The translations under genes were made by a program, and so were the position numbers. From the NCBI GenBank assembly GCA_043555235.1, contig CP121311.1, positions 1,128,857-1,192,856 of the forward strand: a stretch of DNA of 64,000 nucleotides. Direction: 5' to 3'. Below, one piece after another: positions 60,387 to 64,000 of this stretch. A model generated the notes under the pieces. It ran no database searches. It was not told where the DNA came from and saw only the letters and a program-made list of their open reading frames with translations. Origin of the DNA: Roseovarius sp. (lineage in GTDB: Bacteria; Pseudomonadota; Alphaproteobacteria; Rhodobacterales; Rhodobacteraceae). How positions within the stretch are numbered: position 1 is the first letter of the stretch; the number at the start of each line of letters is the position of its first letter.

Positions 60387-62879
60387 ATGAAACCTGAAAC
60401 ATTGTTTCTTCCTGATATTTTAGAAGATTGGGCCCTGGTGTCGGAGGGTGCTGAGACCACGGTTAATCTAAATGTGAAAATCAACGGCACGACGGTACGA
60501 AAGCAGCCGGTTGCTGCGGCAACGCAAGAAAGCGGCCAACTCTTCGCGCAAACGCTCATACCTGAAGAGTACTGGCACGGTCAGGAAATTTTGCTGGAAC
60601 TCAGCCGGGAGGAAGACGGCGAAGTTGTTTTTGAAAAACGTGTTTTGATTCCCGACAGTATCCTGAATGCGACCGAACGCCTCTTTGGCCAATGTTCCCT
60701 TGATGCGGCGGCTTGTTCGGTTTTTGGCTGGGCAAAGCGTGCGGATATTGGCGCTGCGGAAGTTATCGCTGTCATGGTGGACGGCGAAGAGGTTGCAAGG
60801 ACTGTTGCAGATGCTCCGTCGGATGTGCGCGTGGGCTTGAAATGCGGTTTCCACCTCATGCTGCCCATTGATGTTCGGGATGGCGAGGATCACGAGATCG
60901 ACGTGGTTCTTGACCCGGAACATGCAAAACATGTTTTGTTCAGCGCGCGATGCGGTCTGCCAAAAGCAGAGATGACGCAGTTGACTGCAAGGGTTGAATT
61001 GCTTCGCAACGGGGAATTATCCGGCGTTGTCGATACAACGTCCTTCACGAACACAGAGCCTGTCCATCTTGTGCTTTTGATCGGAGAGAGTGAATATGGA
61101 TCGGCTCTTGTAAAAGATGATGGGCAATTTTCTTTTGACCTGTCCGGGTTCGACTTTGCCAGCAACCTTGGTTCCGGCATTGCTATCGTGGAGCCTTTTT
61201 CCGGTCTCCCATTGGCGGGTGTCTCCGATGATCTTTTTCTCAAGAGCGTGGTCGTTGAGCTTCTGCGACAGGACGATGATATAGTCGACCTCCGTTTTCT
61301 GTCTGCCTTGCCTTTGACCGGCGATATTCCCGCAACGCTCGAGGTAGGCCAGACCTCGCAGGCCTTGACCTTTTCGGCTGCAAAGAACCAGGCCTATCAC
61401 GTCAGCAACGCGCGGCTTGCCGTCAGCGAAGAAAGCACGGCACGGCTTCGTCTCGGACAAACGGATCTATACCTGCCCTTCGTAACGGACAGAGATCCCA
61501 ATAGCTATATTCCGCGCTCTGGTCTGGATGCCTACGTGCCCAGCTCTGATCCTGTAGTTCTGAACGCGGTGGCCCATTCATTGAGCACGGATACGGCCCC
61601 CGTCGTTTCTTTACTTGTGCCAAACTACGCCGGTCAGTGGACGGTTTCAGCCGACGGTATTCTGCAAGGCTGGGTTCTCGACTTGGCGCGCCCGTTCCGG
61701 CATTTTGATGTGCAGGTCAAGTCCGGCGACAAGGTGGCGGCAGAGACGCAGTCCGATCAAATGGTGCCGCTTTTCGGAACAGGCATGCCCAATGTCTGGC
61801 CTTTCGGTTTTCGCGTCCCGCTGGACGAGCTCGAAATCGAGGGTGGTAGCGGGGAATTGAGCGTCCATCTGCCTGAGGCAGGCACGGACCTTCCCTTTGT
61901 TCCGTTCGTAGACTCTGACCATGCCCCGACGGGCATTGAATGTCTTGTCGGCGCGATTGGCGGCTTGCCGGAGCTGAGCATGGATCATCCGCTCAGAACC
62001 GCGATGCTGATGCCGGTAACGCACGAGGCCGCGACCTGTCTGGATATTGTTTCCACAGCGCTTGATCGCGGACAGCCCGGCAAACAGGCCGAAAGACTGG
62101 GACCCGCACTCAGAAACCGCATCCGCGAACTTTTCACAAATGAAGAGCACTGGCGCGGTCTGATTTGTCCTCAGGAACCTTTGCCGCACCACCGCTTGCA
62201 GACTCCATTACTGGGTGTCGATATTGCGCCACTGCTGGCGCTTGTCCCCGAAGATCTTCCATTACATCAAACACTGGTGTCAGCCAGCAACTGGCGGGAT
62301 CTTCTCAAATCATTACTCGACCCCGACCTCTTTCGTCATCTCCTAAACCCGAATGATCCCCGTGACTGGATCTGTCTACAGATATGTAACGCAATCCGGG
62401 ATGGTGACACTTTACAGGGCTATCCCCACGAGCGGATCGAATGGGCACCGGGTGGAAAGCGAAACGTTCAAGTCTCGGCCGATCTGGAGCAAAGTGATCG
62501 GCTTGTCGTTTGCAATGCGCTTGGTTTGATCACCTTTGATGAGCAGATCACCAAGACGCGCACCGTGTTCCATGCGCTGGCCAAGCTGGCCCGTATTTTC
62601 GAAAGGCAACCCTCCGAAGACCGTCTGTTTCTCGCGGCACAAACGGAGGGCACGTGGCGCGTTGCCGTTTTGGACATGAAGATCCGGGACGAAGTTGAAA
62701 CGATAGAAGTTGATCCTGACATAGAGATCGACGAGCTTGAGATCGGTCAGTCCTATGCGCGCGTGCGGTGTGACTCTCGGACAATGCCAGACAGGTTCCA
62801 TTTACGGATTGGGCCGTCGACTTTTGTTCTTTCTCCGCTCTCCGAGTTGTTTGCTGATCTCAATGACGACAACCTGTGA
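60387..62879 (+). CDS. 830-aa low-GC hypothetical protein with repeated beta-sandwich-like modules, probably truncated by IS21
   Basis: GW..V.VDG..VA..AD..GF modules like those in large surface-polysaccharide glycosyltransferases; stop codon lies inside the IS21 end. Confidence 0.75.
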   Translation: MKPETLFLPDILEDWALVSEGAETTVNLNVKINGTTVRKQPVAAATQESGQLFAQTLIPEEYWHGQEILLELSREEDGEVVFEKRVLIPDSILNATERLFGQCSLDAAACSVFGWAKRADIGAAEVIAVMVDGEEVARTVADAPSDVRVGLKCGFHLMLPIDVRDGEDHEIDVVLDPEHAKHVLFSARCGLPKAEMTQLTARVELLRNGELSGVVDTTSFTNTEPVHLVLLIGESEYGSALVKDDGQFSFDLSGFDFASNLGSGIAIVEPFSGLPLAGVSDDLFLKSVVVELLRQDDDIVDLRFLSALPLTGDIPATLEVGQTSQALTFSAAKNQAYHVSNARLAVSEESTARLRLGQTDLYLPFVTDRDPNSYIPRSGLDAYVPSSDPVVLNAVAHSLSTDTAPVVSLLVPNYAGQWTVSADGILQGWVLDLARPFRHFDVQVKSGDKVAAETQSDQMVPLFGTGMPNVWPFGFRVPLDELEIEGGSGELSVHLPEAGTDLPFVPFVDSDHAPTGIECLVGAIGGLPELSMDHPLRTAMLMPVTHEAATCLDIVSTALDRGQPGKQAERLGPALRNRIRELFTNEEHWRGLICPQEPLPHHRLQTPLLGVDIAPLLALVPEDLPLHQTLVSASNWRDLLKSLLDPDLFRHLLNPNDPRDWICLQICNAIRDGDTLQGYPHERIEWAPGGKRNVQVSADLEQSDRLVVCNALGLITFDEQITKTRTVFHALAKLARIFERQPSEDRLFLAAQTEGTWRVAVLDMKIRDEVETIEVDPDIEIDELEIGQSYARVRCDSRTMPDRFHLRIGPSTFVLSPLSELFADLNDDNL

Positions 62880-64000
62880 ATCGGCATGCAAAACTGACCC
62901 ACTTGGGTGGGTTATGAGCGAGTAAAATTGACCCACCTGTTTCGTTAACATCCGCGCTTCAAGTGCGGAGGAAAGAGCAGGTGTTATTGATGGAAAGCGT
63001 GTCGAAGATCCGGCGTTGGGTATTAGTTGAGGGACGCAGCATCCGGTCTGTTGCGCGGGCGACGGGATTATCGCGGAACACGATCAAGAAGTATCTGAAG
63101 GATGACAGCCCGCCGAGCTATCAGCGCCAGGCGCCGCCGGTTCGGCATAAACTGTGCAACGGGTTTGATCTTCGGCTTCAGGAACTATTCGAGCAAGATT
63201 TGAAGCGACCACGCCGGGTACGGCGGACGGCCCAGAAGCTCTATGAGCAGCTCGTGGTGGAAGGCTACACCGGGTCCTATTCGCCAGTTCAGCGCTTTGT
63301 CCGGGATCTGAAGCGGGCCGGTGCCGGTTCGGGCGAAGCGTTTATCCCGCTGCATTTTGCGGCAGGCGACGCGCTGCAATTTGACTGGAGCGAAGAACGG
63401 GTTGTTCTGGGCGGCGTTGAGCAGAAGGTGAAGGTCGCGCATTTCCGCCTGTGTCACAGCCGCAAGCCTTTTGTTGTGGCCTATCCTGGCGAAGCCCAGG
63501 AGATGGTTCTGGATGCTTTCGTACAGGCGCTTGAGTTTTATGGCGGTGTTCCGCGCCGGGTGATCATCGACAATCCCAAAACGATGGTAACCTACGTGTC
63601 CCGCTCGAAGGATCGGATATTCCATCCCCGGTTCCTGGCGTGCATGAACCACTATGTGATGGAACCTGTTGCCTGCACGCCCGCTGCGGGTTGGGAGAAG
63701 GGACAGGTTGAGAACCAGGTTCAGTTTTTGCGGGGCCGGTTGTTTGTGCCCAAGCCCGCTTTTGATGATCTCGATGCGCTGAACGATTGGCTGCGCCTGC
63801 GCTGTGAAGAGCTGGCAGAGCGGCCCCATCCCGAGCATCAGGATCGCACGATTGCAGAGATGTTCGAAGATGAACGCGCTGAGTTGCGCCCGTTGGGCCG
63901 GGCCTTTGATGGCTATGTAGAGAAGACGGTTCGCGTCCGCTCTACCTGCCTGGTTCAATATGCCTCCAACCGCTACAGTGTGCCGTCCCGGTTTGCTGGG
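62875..64000 (+). mobile_element. IS21-family insertion sequence, left part
   Basis: TGTGAATCGGCATGC terminus; repeats AAAACTGACCCAC (62890) and AAAATTGACCCAC (62924); istA follows. Confidence 0.92.
62981..64000 (+). CDS. istA: IS21 transposase IstA, 3' part outside window (absent from ORF track)
   Basis: GTG 62981 or ATG 62990; HTH RSIRSVARATGLSRNTIKKYL; DDE residues in QFDW, IIDNPK, WEKGQVEN; NRYSVP. Confidence 0.95.
   Translation, partial: MLLMESVSKIRRWVLVEGRSIRSVARATGLSRNTIKKYLKDDSPPSYQRQAPPVRHKLCNGFDLRLQELFEQDLKRPRRVRRTAQKLYEQLVVEGYTGSYSPVQRFVRDLKRAGAGSGEAFIPLHFAAGDALQFDWSEERVVLGGVEQKVKVAHFRLCHSRKPFVVAYPGEAQEMVLDAFVQALEFYGGVPRRVIIDNPKTMVTYVSRSKDRIFHPRFLACMNHYVMEPVACTPAAGWEKGQVENQVQFLRGRLFVPKPAFDDLDALNDWLRLRCEELAERPHPEHQDRTIAEMFEDERAELRPLGRAFDGYVEKTVRVRSTCLVQYASNRYSVPSRFAG

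Noticed and set aside
63185-63958. 257-aa minus-strand ORF
   Set aside because: Antisense to istA, which the ORF track missed because it runs off the window

Overview
GC-rich core-genome segment of an alphaproteobacterium, most likely Rhodobacterales/Roseobacter group (inferred from gene content and order). Main blocks: ispH-rnhA; def-def-fmt; a cobalamin cluster (cbiX-cobH-cobL-cobI-cbiG/cobJ-cobM); purEK; an HAD-maoC-ribF-prs region; F1 ATP synthase atpHAGDC; gloB-clpA; an ExbB/MotA plus OmpA/MotB-like pair; hisC-tyrC; rpsD; murA-hisD. From tRNA-Thr(GGT) at 59362 the DNA is visibly more AT-rich: IS remnants, an 830-aa gene whose stop codon lies inside an IS21 end, then IS21 istA running off the window. 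Most interesting observations: (1) four repeat-containing operon spacers are each spanned by an unannotated 23-39 aa mini-ORF that overlaps the upstream stop and the downstream start, which would preserve translational coupling; (2) a RAYT with flanking GTAG REPs and dispersed copies, whose expected catalytic Tyr reads Val; (3) a TA-flanked MITE family with five traces, one abutting an IS1111-like left end; (4) a +1 frameshift in prs; (5) a deformylase paralog lacking catalytic residues. No CRISPR array was seen. All family assignments come from recognising motifs by eye; no searches were run.
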